A stretch of DNA of 57,416 nucleotides from Trichoplax sp. H2. Taxonomy: Eukaryota. Position numbers and translations under genes: made by a program. The stretch spans positions 124,001 to 181,416 of the forward strand of contig NOWV01000157.1 of the NCBI GenBank assembly GCA_003344405.1. The letters run 5' to 3'. Below the pieces are notes generated by a model. That model was not told the origin of the DNA, ran no database searches, and was given only the letters and a program-made list of their open reading frames with translations. This document shows, piece after piece, positions 39,052 to 51,981 of this stretch; position 1 is the first letter of the stretch, and each line of letters opens with the position of its first letter.

Positions 39052-39395
39052 ACTTGACTGCGATAAATATATATATTTAATTGACCAAAAATCATTATGA
39101 AATGTAGGCTAAATATATAGAATTTGTTATATTTATAGATTACGAAGTACAAATAAATCTGCACAGAGGAAAGAATGCTACAATTTAATATGTAAATTCT
39201 TGGTATAATGGTAATACAGTCATTAAATGCAAATTGGAGGCTTGTAATTTAGCACTCTAATATGATTTCTATTAGTTGCATTTGACATACCACAACATTT
39301 ACGAAAGATTATGTCTTAAATCATGAATAACAATTCAATTTAATCCATCGTCAAGCAGTCACTGTAAAGATAGGAAATTCAGAGCGATCCAATTC

Positions 39396-41984
39396 CTAGT
39401 CTTCTTCGGAGAACAGTTCCATTTTAGCCGAAGGCAAACCTCGAGATGATTTCACGCTATTGCTCCTCTTTTCCTTTCTTGAAGGTTTTACAGTACTATT
39501 TTCTCTCTTTGTTGCGTTCATTTTATAACCGAACTGTTGACGAAGATTATAACGTGTAGGTGAACGAGTCATCCTCTCTGGTGTTGCCTACAATTACAGT
39601 TTAGAAAAATCTTTATGCGCGTAGTCTAGTAAATTATATGAGTAGTTATCATGACCAGACGTATATCACTCTTATGTATGTAAAATCGATTGGCAAGGAT
39701 TGAATGCAATCAATATATGCTAAAATCTTAAATCAAAAAATCGACAGACTAATTAATGGTTTGGTTTACAAAGTCATGCGGTAATTCTCTACACCGCGGG
39801 CTAATTATATTACTAATACAAGCAAATTGAAAAATATAGGCTTACCTCGCCATTCGGTATCTTTTTAGTATCATTAACTACAGATTTCGGTTTTAATCTT
39901 CCTGATGTTTCTGGATGTACAATCGCTCTCATCTCAAAATCACTTTCACAGTCATCAGAAATGCCACTGTCACGCAAACTGGATAAATTTTTACTTTTGG
40001 CTACAACTTGATGCTGTTGATTTCTTTTCATCTGCTTCCCTAAATGTTTGTTTAAAATCTTAGCTGAGGAGTTTTCATTAGCGGAATCCACATCTGGTAA
40101 TGTATCTTCTTTCTCAGGGAAGAGTAACTTTTTATTTAGCAAAGCTTTGATTTCCACATTTTGCTGCGTAATTGCATTAGGGGAATCGATGTCTGATAAT
40201 AATCTACCATCTTCCTTAGCTAAGGGTGATTTATTGTTTAAGAGAGCTTTGATTTCCATATTTTGTTTCGTAATTTTTTCCAGTAAAGCATTATTAATTT
40301 TCTTATAATCGCGATACTTAATATAGGAAATTACAAGAATCATAGTACAGATCCCAATGAAAATTCTCCTACCGATCCATGTTGTGCTATAAATTGTATC
40401 CTATAAGCGTGAAATGCAATAAAATTGTAGCTAGAATAATACTAAATGCAAAATTACTCAGCTATAGATTTTCTATATATTCCTTTCTAACCTTGATTTT
40501 GTTATCGACAGGTCGATAACTGTGTAAAATCGCTGTCAATACTCGTTCAAATATTACATTGATCGTTAAAACTAGATATAACCAAATTCTTGCATTCGCA
40601 GTGGACGGTGTCGTAGTTAGCAAATACGCTAATGAAACACCAATCACATAATAAATGCTGGTATAAATTGTAGAAAATTCTCCCAGAAGTAGCATTTGGA
40701 GCGAAGTCAAATATCGTAAATTATTCCCTAAACTACTAAATGCTGCTCGAATTGTTTGATAATTCTCTTGAGCCTTACTGTTAGTCTTCGCCAAAATATC
40801 AGTCATATCTTCAGTAGAATTTTTGATAGATTCTTTCAAAAGTCTTTCATTTTGAATTATTAACTTTTGATTCTCTAAGGAATTATGTTGCTTTTGTAGC
40901 AGCTACAAGGATATAAAAACAGGTAGAGCATGTATATTATGATTTAGGGTACGGAAAAATATTGCAAATATGCTGTTCAAAGCTAGTATCCAAAGTACTT
41001 TATTGATTATAAGACATGTAAAATCAAGCTATAGTCTTTTGTAGTAGTATCATAAAGAGCTAATGTATCAGCAGCAACGATGATTTTATACTCGTATATG
41101 TAAAACTGCTCCAGCTGTTATAAATCGGGTCCAGTTTGCAGAAGCATGCACGTATTTTAACCCAAGTTTACAACAGCAATTTTTAGTAATTCTTTCAATC
41201 TTGTATCTTTGCTCAAACAAGTTCTTAAAATCTCTCTGGTCAAGTCAAACTTTCTCTTAAATACCGTAATATCCAAATTACCTAATCTAGCGTTCTTGCA
41301 TGGCTAATGAAAGTATTTCAGCTACAACCGTACCGTCTAGTACTATTATACTGTAGAGATCGGTCGATAATCGATGAAATATAATCAAGAAAACGATCTT
41401 ATATGATATAATTATATTATAATTATATAATTATTACTAACCTGTTCATGGTATTGCAACGACTTCTTTAGTTTCTTAGCTGTTTCGAGGGAAGAGATCG
41501 ATAGCTGATTAATAATGAACTCAGTATTTTCTTGCCATTGCTGATTTCTGATGAAAAAACAGATGCTTATAGAATTTGTGAAGAATTCAGTGTAGATGAT
41601 AAAATCTGCTTTATCCATAGTTTGGGTGCATTCTTCAATAGACTGATTATTAGAGCACGGGAATATCGGATGTCCAGATTGTGCTAGATGACAGTTAGTG
41701 AGAGAAATAGCTAGCCTGGATTGATCGATTGAAGAGAGGTGCTTGCAGCCACGCTGAAATTGCATCAAGGCTTCGTGCCAGCATTGTGCTGTCTCGCTCC
41801 ACTTGCGTAATTGACTTAGATAGTTACGTCCATGTTTTATATTTTCACTAGACACAATTTCGAAAGCTGGTTGTTCATATTTATTACTCGAAAAATCGGA
41901 ATTACAAACAAGTGACAACCCAAGCAAAATTATGGCTCCTAAAATTTCTTTATAACCATGACGGAGTATTTCGGTAAGTGCCAT
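39396..41984 (-). CDS. GEX1: KAR5/GEX1/Brambleberry-family nuclear envelope fusion protein (566 aa)
   Basis: Four phase-0 exons: 41984-41442, 40902-40492, 40400-39846, 39587-39396 (TAG). Signal peptide, then the family Cys-rich domain CWHEALMQFQRGCKHLSSIDQSRLAISLTNCHLAQSGHPIFPC...ECTQTM...YTEFFTNSISICFFIRNQQWQ, a coiled coil, three TM segments (..YLLTTTPSTANARIWL..) and a cytoplasmic tail with RYNLR. Confidence 0.88.
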
Positions 41985-42427
41985 TTCTGCAGTAAGATGG
42001 AAGAGAGGGATTTTAAAAAGTTCCAGCTACAAAGTCATCATGTGGTGTAATGCATGCTGCATAAAACTAAAATTAATCATGATTAGTGCTCTTAGTTCAT
42101 GCTTTTCGGAAGAAGTATATGCCGTATGACTTATAAGCTAAATCCGTAGTATTTGCTATATCTACAGTAAGGTATTGCCCAAAAATTAGACTTGATGAAG
42201 TATCAGGTGTCAACTTATTTCTAACTGTAAATAATTATTTTGTAATTTTAATTTACTAAGTTATCATAAAGGCAAGCTTTGCACGAAGATTGAAAAACAT
42301 CCTTTATGACAGTGCTTTGAAGTACAGGTCATGTGCAGCTCTACCTAGGTTCTGTGCAGACATTTTTGCCTTAAGGTGCTAAAGATGATATTACTTCGCA
42401 TGCTATATTTGCATTACGGTGTATCTT

Positions 42428-43297
42428 TTCATTTTTGTTGCGAGCTGATTTCTAGATCTAGTAAAGATTTACATACAATAATTTGCTAGTCCCAGTATTT
42501 CATTAGGAACAACTTTGAATATATATTGCTTGTAATAAATTCTAAACGCTGTCTAGTCTCTACTATCATAAGAGACTCATATTAATGATTAAAACAAATA
42601 AAGGATCTATACTTGTATCGATAAAGCCTAATAATATCATAGGTATATATATAAACCTTTACCTTATTTTTGTGTCAGATTTATCATAGAAGTACTGTAC
42701 TTTGCATTAATATCTCATCAATTTGCTATAGTTCGGCCATTCAGTAAAATAACTGAAAGTTCTTTGCTTTTAGCTGAATGTCATAAAACATTGATTAGTC
42801 TCCTGAATAAACTGATAATAAGTTGTGTTATCCTTAGATCGATTTAAGATGATATTGCAGCACACACAATATCTGTATTATATCTGTTCATTTTTATTGG
42901 ATATAAATTGCTAGATCTGGTAAAGATTTACATATGGCAATTTACTGGTCTCGGCATTTCGTTAGGAACGATTTCCAGCATAGATTGCTGGTAATAAATT
43001 CCAGATACTGTTTAGTCTCTACAACTATACCTCACATTAATAATAAATGATAATGGACCTTTACTTGTATCCATTAAGCCTAATAAGATTTTAGGCATAT
43101 CTAAACCTTTATCTCATTCTCTAATCAGATTTATCATAGAAGCACTTTGTATTAATGTCATTATAATCAAATTATTATAGTTAGACCATTCAGGAAAATA
43201 TATGAGAGATCTTCATCCTAAATTAAACTTTAGATAACTTTGATTAGTCTTCTGAGTAAACTGGTAATAAGTTAAGCTACCTTAAGATCGATTTAAA
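42428..43297. repeat. Old diverged ~460-bp tandem duplication between GEX1-like and IQCK
   Basis: Blocks CTAGATCT(A/G)GTAAAGATTTACATA, GTAATAAATTC, TACTTGTATC, TCAGATTTATCATAGAAG, TTGATTAGTCT and AGATCGATTTAA occur in the same order at 42428-42848 and 42887-43297. Confidence 0.85.
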
Positions 43298-43529
43298 CTG
43301 TTACACTTAACCAATTTTAGCAAAATTTCTCTGAGGTAGAGTATATACGAATGAGAATGCAGTCATCTATATTATCGCCATTTTATACTAGGACAGAACC
43401 CAAGCCACAAGCATTGTTCATACTGAATACTTACTGAATAGTCAAGACTATAGTGAATGATGGAAAGAGACTATTATACAATGAGGGTACTGTTTTATGC
43501 ATAACTACAACAAGTAGTGTAATTTGTGT

Positions 43530-43580
43530 ATTTCGTATGGCGACGACTAGTCATAAAGTAGCCGTTATTGCCATGGCAAC
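43530..43580 (+). promoter_or_regulatory. RFX X-box motif(s) upstream of IQCK
   Basis: ATTGCCATGGCAAC at 43567-43580 is one mismatch from GTTGCCATGGCAAC. A weaker ATTTCGTATGGCGAC lies at 43530-43544. Both are ~180-230 bp upstream of the IQCK ATG. Confidence 0.7.
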
Positions 43581-43759
43581 AAGTCAACTGATGACTCGAA
43601 GCAGGAGATGTTAGAGAGAACGATGATAAACTACAGTATATCGAATACACAAACAAAATTAGTCGCAGCTATTAATTGTACGTGGATAGCAGTAAAAAAA
43701 GGATTTCATAAAGCATTATTTCGATATTACTTCGTTATACAGCTTGAAATATAGACTCC

Positions 43760-45641
43760 ATGGAGACCGGCTATCATAAAGCTTTCACTATTCAAACTAA
43801 ATATAATATTTGGGAGGAAATCTTAAAAGAAAATGACATAATGCAGCAGAAATATACGTCTCAACAGCAAGTAATCAATAAAGAGCCAATCGAGGTCATC
43901 CCTTTCGATCCAGCTAAAGTCACACCAGTCATGCATGGTCAAAGTTGTGAACCTATTTATGAAGCCAATCAAGCAGATGAACTATTTGGTAGGTTTAATC
44001 CGGCCATCATTCATCCAGCTTTTGCTGGCTATAGGGAAATAATCGAGCAAGAGGATGAAAAGGTTTCTCAGCTGTCTGTTGAACTACCAGATTCCAAAAC
44101 GTGTAAGCTATAAAATAGGACTATCTCTATATCAACTAAATGAACTACCGTACTCCTAAGTCAATTTATTAATATGTACGTACTGCTATATATTTAGTCT
44201 TGTATGGATTAATATTTATTATTTCTGATTGTAGTAGCATCTTTTAAACTGAAATTTACGTAATATAAATAATTAGAATAGCTTAAATGCTATTATTATA
44301 TAAAAAGTATAGACTCTCAGCATATACGATTGCTTTAATCATGATAATACATAGGTCCTCCCAAAATATATCTTGAGACGTATATATTTCCAGTTTTAAT
44401 GCCTGCACTGAGGAATTTGATATTACAGGCAAAGAAAGACCGTGCACTAGAGGTATCTTGCCAGTAATTAGAAATTTCTATTCTCTTAAATTATTTTCAT
44501 TGCAATTGAACATAATCCATTTTACGAAAAGCTTCTACGGCAAATTTTATTAAATAATTTACTTATCTATTGTACTATGCTACGTCTGAATTAGGAGAGC
44601 AAACTTCAACATTTTTATATTTTACTTTTTAGAGAAGGCGAACTAAACTTAATGCCTTGGAATGGCTGACGGAGTATATTTATAAGTAAGATTGAGTCAG
44701 TTTCAACTCGTTTCAATTAATTGATGATGCAGCTCTTGCAATTAAATATGTACGGTTACTTTATTTGACGTATATAGCGGAATAAAGAGTGCTAATAGAA
44801 CATTTTTAAGCAGTAGTAGCCATTTTGATTAGTTGACGATGATGTAGCTATTGGAATTTAGTTCAGATATTTGCGTTACTTGATGTATGTCCAGCGTAGT
44901 TAAGAGTGCCAATAGGATATTTTTAGACATGCTAGTAACTATTTCACATACTAATTCACCAGAAATAATCCTAATTACAAAGAAGAAAGAGAAAATATAG
45001 CTTTAGATGATATTCCATTCGTGAAGGAGGTGTTAGAAAAACAGTAAGTGTCTAACTACAATTATCATCATGCTTATTAAAAATTTTCTTGCGTAAGATT
45101 CGGGTTATGAAGGACGCTTTGCGGATGTATGAGGATATATACATATATAATTAACGCCAGTATTTTCAAATTTAAGCTACGTTATGGAAGATCATTTTAC
45201 TAATTTTAATTCTCATAGCCCAAGACCACCACTTCCACTGTCTTTACTGCTGAGTGATGATGAAGCTGCAACTATCATCCAGTCCGCATTCAGAGGATAT
45301 TTGGTATGATAATCTTTAGTAATCACTTCCACAAAGAGTTTAGGTAATTGATTTGATATTCGATTCCAAACTCGTAAATTGCTCTTTCTTACTTACCGCA
45401 GGTTCGTCGTGATGCTGAAGTGCAAGAGCTACGACAATATCAACGTGAAATGAAAGAAGTAAGACAAACTTAACTATCGCTTATACTGGTTTTTATCAAT
45501 AGATGAAAAAATTTCATAGAAAGACATTAAATATGGCTGTATTATATATCATAGATTCCTAAGGACAAAATTATATATGAACCAGTAGACTATTGGCTTG
45601 AAAATGGTGGTAAAGATAAAAAAAATAATGCAGAATCGTAA
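43760..45641 (+). CDS. IQCK: IQ domain-containing protein K
   Basis: Exons 43760-44102, 44355-44452, 44633-44685, 44963-45043, 45219-45303, 45402-45458, 45555-45641 (TAA). The translation includes PDSKTCPPKIYLETYIFPVLMPAL..LILQAKKDRALERRRTKLNALEWLTEYIYKNNP...[53 protein letters not shown], i.e. the IQCK dimerization/docking-like region plus IQ motif. Confidence 0.93.
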
Positions 45642-47179
45642 CTAATATTATCACTATAGAAGATATAATGAATTTTCTTTACGATACGACAACACTTGAT
45701 CAAAAAGCATCGTTCAACCGCACGTATTTGTGTAAATAGATTGTTATATACGAATATATAGCAATGCTTTACTGTAAAATTATCAACATTTGTATTTGGC
45801 TTTATTGCAAGAAATTTTTACTTATTATATTCTATATATATAAAAATATTGTAACACCATAACATCAATATTTCTCAAGATCATTAGGCCATAATATTAA
45901 TTTTCATTAAACTCTACGGAAATGTGCATGATATGTTCGTCTTAAATTCAAATTTTGGGTTTGAATGTGACCCAGTAGATAATGCAACCAATTATAGATG
46001 AAATGTGTTGACTAGCAGATTTCAAGCTAGCTTACCTGTAATAAAGTATTGTAAGGACCATGTCTCGTTTTAAATATCATTTTTATTTGATTGCTGATAT
46101 ACTGAAACAGATGATTATCTTAACTAAACTATAAATACATACAAATTAGAAGTCAAGTTAGACTTTAATTCAATACTTCCTGATTAAACTGTTGCAAATT
46201 AAACAATAACTGACAATTATGGATCGCATACTCTTTGCAGTTAATAAATTAAAACCGGTAATTAAGGTTACAAACTGACAAAATCCCTCAGAGTCAAGCC
46301 AATGTAAGTAGGGAAAGATTCAAAATCTCATTCCGTATACATTAAATCTTTTATTACTCATGGTAGAACATGTTTACAAATTTAAATTTAGCATTGCTAT
46401 GTTAAATAACAACCAAGCAATCAAAAAAATTAAGTTATAATAACCTAGCTACTGCCGTACTGCTATTTGGAATCGTACCGCAGTATATTAATAGTTGCAA
46501 GAGTATATAGAGTATTTGGGCTGTCGCATCATTGGCCATACTCAACTAAAATGCTTTATTCTGTCAACTTACTGAAACAGAATTTTATTAAGGATAGTAC
46601 TACTAAACTATCAGTATTAATATTGTAAAGTATAAATCTTATTATTTATAAACCAATATGTACTTAAACAGAGGTATGTCCTAACATAAGGCCTTTATCT
46701 ACTTTGAAAGTCTTAATTTTCATTTCCATTACTTCAAAAAGATTATATAGTGAAAAATTTTACCATCGTTGTATTTCTTCACCTTAATCTATAGAATATA
46801 GATTTAAACAATTTCTGATACTTGCTTTGATTTAGATGCATTACTTTACGTTTAGTAATACTTTGTTATAAATAATTGAATTTAATGTGAACTTCTTTGT
46901 TGAAAAAATTTAATTAATAAAATAAAATGGGCACACTTAATAAGTCGCAAATATATTACTTTGATATTCAAGAAGAATCTGCGAAATGCAATTTTACAGT
47001 TATTATTTCAACAATTAGCGTACATTAAATTTACATAAGATCCAAGACTTTATGTGAAAGTACGCTTTAGTTGGTACTAAATATCTACAGAGTTACAAGG
47101 ACTGGTTTATCATAGACTAAAAGTCTGAGACTTTCTTTGCTGGAAGCCTTAGGAAAAGCTAACTTCTTAATTATAATTT

Positions 47180-50100
47180 GCAAAGATCTTGGCAATACTA
47201 GTGTGGTACTTTATTAAACGAAACGGTAAGTACCATTCTAAGTAAGATGGATCACAAGAATAAAAGATCATTCCATCACCGAGTTTTGTATAGTGTACTC
47301 TCAGTGTATGCCAGGATCTTGCATCTGTGAAAATTGATATCCATTCGTATGGGTTGGCATGCTTAAAAATAATACGGCTACCTATTAGTTCTCATAATAA
47401 AGTTAAGGAACCTAGTTTGTGTGATATCTTTCTCTGCTAAGGAAATATCTTCTCAGTTTTACTTTGTCAATAACTTAAGCTACAAGAAGAAAAATTTTGT
47501 AATACTTTATTCCGCTGTCCTTCTTCTTTTGTCCTGTAGTGTTTCAGATCGCATTGTAAGCTCTTAACATATCTTTAAATATAGGTATATATTCTTCTTA
47601 ATATAAATATCTTTTCAGTCCATTTCAACTATACTGAAATATAGCTTGTTAAGCTTATTTATTTATAGCATCTACAGTCTTCGCAATTTTCCACAATCGT
47701 TTGCTATAACATAATCCATTATGGCATACCTTGCATCTAATTCTAAATTCCTCTTCTCTGTATGTGCTCTATCTTAAGGACTATAAATACTGATAATTTC
47801 TGTCACAGATTTATTAGTTGCACTCGTTAGTGTTAGTATCTGCATACGTTACTTACTACAGTTTATACATTGATCTTTGAGCAATCGCTACACTATACGC
47901 AGTTGCAATCTACAATATAGTATTCATTTTTCTGATAAAACTCCTTATATAATTATGTTATCAACTTGGTTCTACTCAAAACATCAAATATGCTAACAAT
48001 GGCTTCTAGTAAGGTAAGCAATTTTAAGCTACATCCTGTACGACATAAGCTTTGCAGTCCATAAAGGTCCTAATACATTTTTATTATAAACTACAGCATC
48101 GCACTATCTAAGACTATTAGCAGTCACAAACAACCTAGATTTAATGAAGCTAGAACTGCACAATACTGCTAATTTGGCTGCTGAGATACTGTAATATGCA
48201 AGCATTATCTAATAAAAGGCACAATAATTCACTTTCACATAAGATTAGTATCTAAGTCATTACGCATTAAGTACCGGCAATGATTTATTTGAATACCTTT
48301 ATCTAATAAAGATGATTGAATTAAAATTTTTTCTATCTACTAGACAATTTACAGTATATATGTCTCTGTAGTTCAACACTATTCAAATACTAATATACTT
48401 AATGCGCCATATATCAATCAAAATTTTACGGACTATGCAGTTATACTAAATAACGTAGTGTAACAATGCTGAATTGTGGCATGCAAATTCAATTTATAAA
48501 TATCTCTTTAGTTCACTGTTGCGCTAATACTAGCCCTACAACCCGTCACTTTGCTGTGTTAGCATGAGCCTAGTCTTGCTTGAAACTTGACATGATCTGC
48601 AACATCTTTATTTATAATATCACTTTTAACCTGTTAAAGTATATTACAGTGTTCTATATATACCTTACAGTCTTACAGTTGCCAAGCCTGCGGTATAACA
48701 TATTGCAGTTACAGTAGTAGAGCCTGTTGCCTTAGTGTAAATGCCGTGGTTTAAGTAACATAAGTAATTATTTACGACAAAACTAGGTCGTAACAACATG
48801 TCATTCAATATTTTATGTACTAATCAGTTATACTTAATAATACATTATAACAATGCTCTAATGTGGCTTACAAAATTAATTTATAAATATCTCTGTAGTT
48901 CACCATCTAAAGACGAATAGATCTAATATACTACATATCTGTAGTGCCGCGTAAATTTTAAGGTTCCTTCAGTATTAACTAATTAAGTAATACTCTAGTG
49001 ATAAGTACTTGGTATTATAGAAATAATAGTAATCCGTATGGTGATTCTGCAGTCCTAAGTACTTATCAGGATAATTATCCGGTTTATCTTAGCCAGGTGT
49101 CTTTTAAACAACGTTCTGTATTAAAACAGCACCCTCATACGAAATTGGCAACGGGAATAATCAATAATTACGAATTATTTGGAGTTCAGAATTTTGTCAC
49201 GATCCAATGGTGTACCAATACTGTCTCACTTTGACTCACTTACGATAGTTACTCCACAAAAGAGAGCAGTGTTAATCTGCAATAAAACTTATCGAAATCT
49301 TATGCAGAACCATGGTACTCTGCAATACTTATTTAAACTAGGGCAGGTTCCTGCGGTAAAATATAATAGGACATTGTTACGAGTTAGGAATAGACCTAGC
49401 TTGCAACAAGGATTGAAAGAGTGATTTCTACCCTTTGTTACTGTTAGTTGGAATACCAGACAATTGGTATTCCAAGGCAGATAAGGTTTAAGACAGGGAG
49501 ACCTTCAAGACTTACTAGAAAATCACAATCTAATTTATTGTCGGCGAACTCGCCGTTTATATAGGTTTCCCACCTAAAACCAGTTTAGCTACACAAATGA
49601 CCTCGTCTATTAGAAATTAACCAAATTAATGCTCTAAAGAAATTCTATCTGCACAGATTAGGTACAGTCTAATTCTATTAAATTTACTATAATAGCATTA
49701 AAAAAATCAACGGTTATTAATAGTTTTACATATACATATAAAGCTATCCCACTAAGACATTTCCTCTAAAATTAGCAATTGTACTTTGAACCTTAATAAC
49801 TATGGAGGTGATAGAAATGATCCATTTTAGATGGTTGGCAATTACTATTTTAGTCTATGTAATCCTAAATTAAGGATATTAACTGTTAACCACTAAAATT
49901 ACAATTAAGGAGACCGTAAAAGATTTCTGAGATCTAAACATATATAGAACTGTTACAGTGTTATATACTGTATTAGAGTAGAAATATCTATGCTAGGATA
50001 ATTCTGTTAGACTATCCTTATTTAGTTAACTTATAATTTGGATATACTGTGTTTGAATATAGCACTGACTTTTTATGACAGTGACACTTATACACATACT

Positions 50101-50600
50101 GAAATTAATAGTTATAATAGGGAATGCAAATCATCTACTTACAGTTCGAATCATTGTGATTGTAACTTACTTATGGTAGACTGTAAATTATCATGGAAAT
50201 GTTCCGTGATAGGACATATCGTAATCTGACTATTCTGTATTAGTCATTACATGTCTATATTCGTAAATACTGTTGTCTGCATTTAGGGAGCAGTAGCTAA
50301 AAATAATATCTAATTCAGTAAATGATTCTAATGTTAATTGTATTAACTATGACTCATGAACTATTGAGGAGTAGTATATAAATGCAGTATATCGTGAAAT
50401 AAAGAGAATTCCCCAACTTAGTGTTTAACGTAAAATACGAGGCGTTTAAGTCTTTGTGTAGTCTGCTAGTAGAGCAAAAGTGTTTGTGATAGTGCAGATA
50501 TCGTTCCTTGATACGTGGTTCAAGGAATTGACTTATTGATCGTATATTGCGTTATCTTGTTGCAAAGCTGTTTTGTGACAAGAACGTAACATGAAAATTA
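47180..50600 (+). pseudogene. Possible decayed LRR receptor (LGR-like) gene
   Basis: Signal-like phase-1 exon KILAILVWYFIKRN|GTAAGT (~47182-47225), then LRRNT-like YSQCMPGSCICEN* (~47294-47337), LRR-like scraps (IDLACNK, YYNSIKKIN), diverged ~390-bp-spaced duplications (48432-48518 vs 48820-48904), and hinge/TM1-like HCDCNLL...WKCSVIGHIVI (~50152-50226). Confidence 0.3.
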
Positions 50601-51981
50601 AGTATACGTCGAAGATTACTTTCGTGGCAGACATGAAGACAGGTGTAGCAAACAGCATCATTTAAATAAAATAAATCAATAATATAATTGATTAAAAGAA
50701 TAGAAAAATTAGTTAGTAAACAAATCAAATTAAAAATAGTAATCAACTGTAATTAGGACAATAATATAAATAGGTAAGAAGCCGAGAGTACGCCTCTATC
50801 TCGAAGTTAGGAAATGAAGATTTAATAAAAAGAAAATAATTATGTGACCGCTGCGCATATGTAATTTAATGTCTATACTAAATATACCTAATAAATTACG
50901 AATAAGATGAAAAGAAAACGTAATCCAAAAACTTGGAGTTATTTATAATTATGTCTACGAAATTGTTTTAAATGAAGAGAAGATATTATAAGAAGAAATG
51001 TTCATTCTATAATTACGAATAGGACAAACCTGTACTTACGCTTTGAAAGCCAATTATTTTCTCTTAGTCTAGAAAAGACGATAAAATTCTACTAATATGC
51101 TTATGCTTTATATTTTCTATCAATAAGACTAGTGTATCAATGTCTATTGATTATAGTGTCTATTTTTCGTCCTTAATTATTTTAAGCTGTGTATCTTGAA
51201 TGCCACGCCTTCTAATATAATGATAATATTGTAAAAGACTAAAAGCTCTAGTACCCATTACTTTCTGTATTCGAAAGACTCATCTTGCAACGTAAAGGCA
51301 ATTTTTAGTTATGCTAGAGCCTAAAAGAATATTGCTGTAGGAATACTCGGTATTTAAAAGTAATTGTAAGATCACCAAAGATTGTTCGATATCATAGGAA
51401 GGCAAATTCATGGATGAAGCTTTTTTTGCTTTTGTAAAGGATAATAGATTAAAACAAGTAAATTCCTATTCTAGTAATAACCAAATAGCTGTTATTAACT
51501 CTGTTAAGATAGTGCATTCGTGAAAACATCAACCGAGTCATGGGACCCTTTAATACTAGTTTTCTTTTAACAAGGCAATTCCAATACGCAGTAAAATTAA
51601 TTTTTATTAAATTCAATATATTTTATTTCTTACACAATTTCCTAAATACAAAATTAGCGATAATAATGCTATATCAGTATTCCTTTAAAGAATTTGGCAG
51701 TTTATGTGAAGAAAAATTGGTTATTTACTATTAACCTAAGATAAACGCAATAAAGCCTCAGTGAATCAAAATGCTCGTAAAAACTATAAATTTAGTTTGA
51801 CTCTTGTGCGCACATACATAGAAAAAGCTTTCAAAATATATAATTTTTTAGTAAAGAAATATCTTACTAGATAAAGTAGCCAGATAAAATGTATTATCAT
51901 GATTATTGATCTTCTTATAAGGATACTAACATTATCTGCAATTGAATTACTTTACATACATGCCAGCTATTAGTACACTGG

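Noticed and set aside
40048-40308. Plus-strand 86-aa ORF (likewise 508-747, 14911-15151, 56481-56663)
   Set aside because: Antisense or off-frame shadows of genuine exons.
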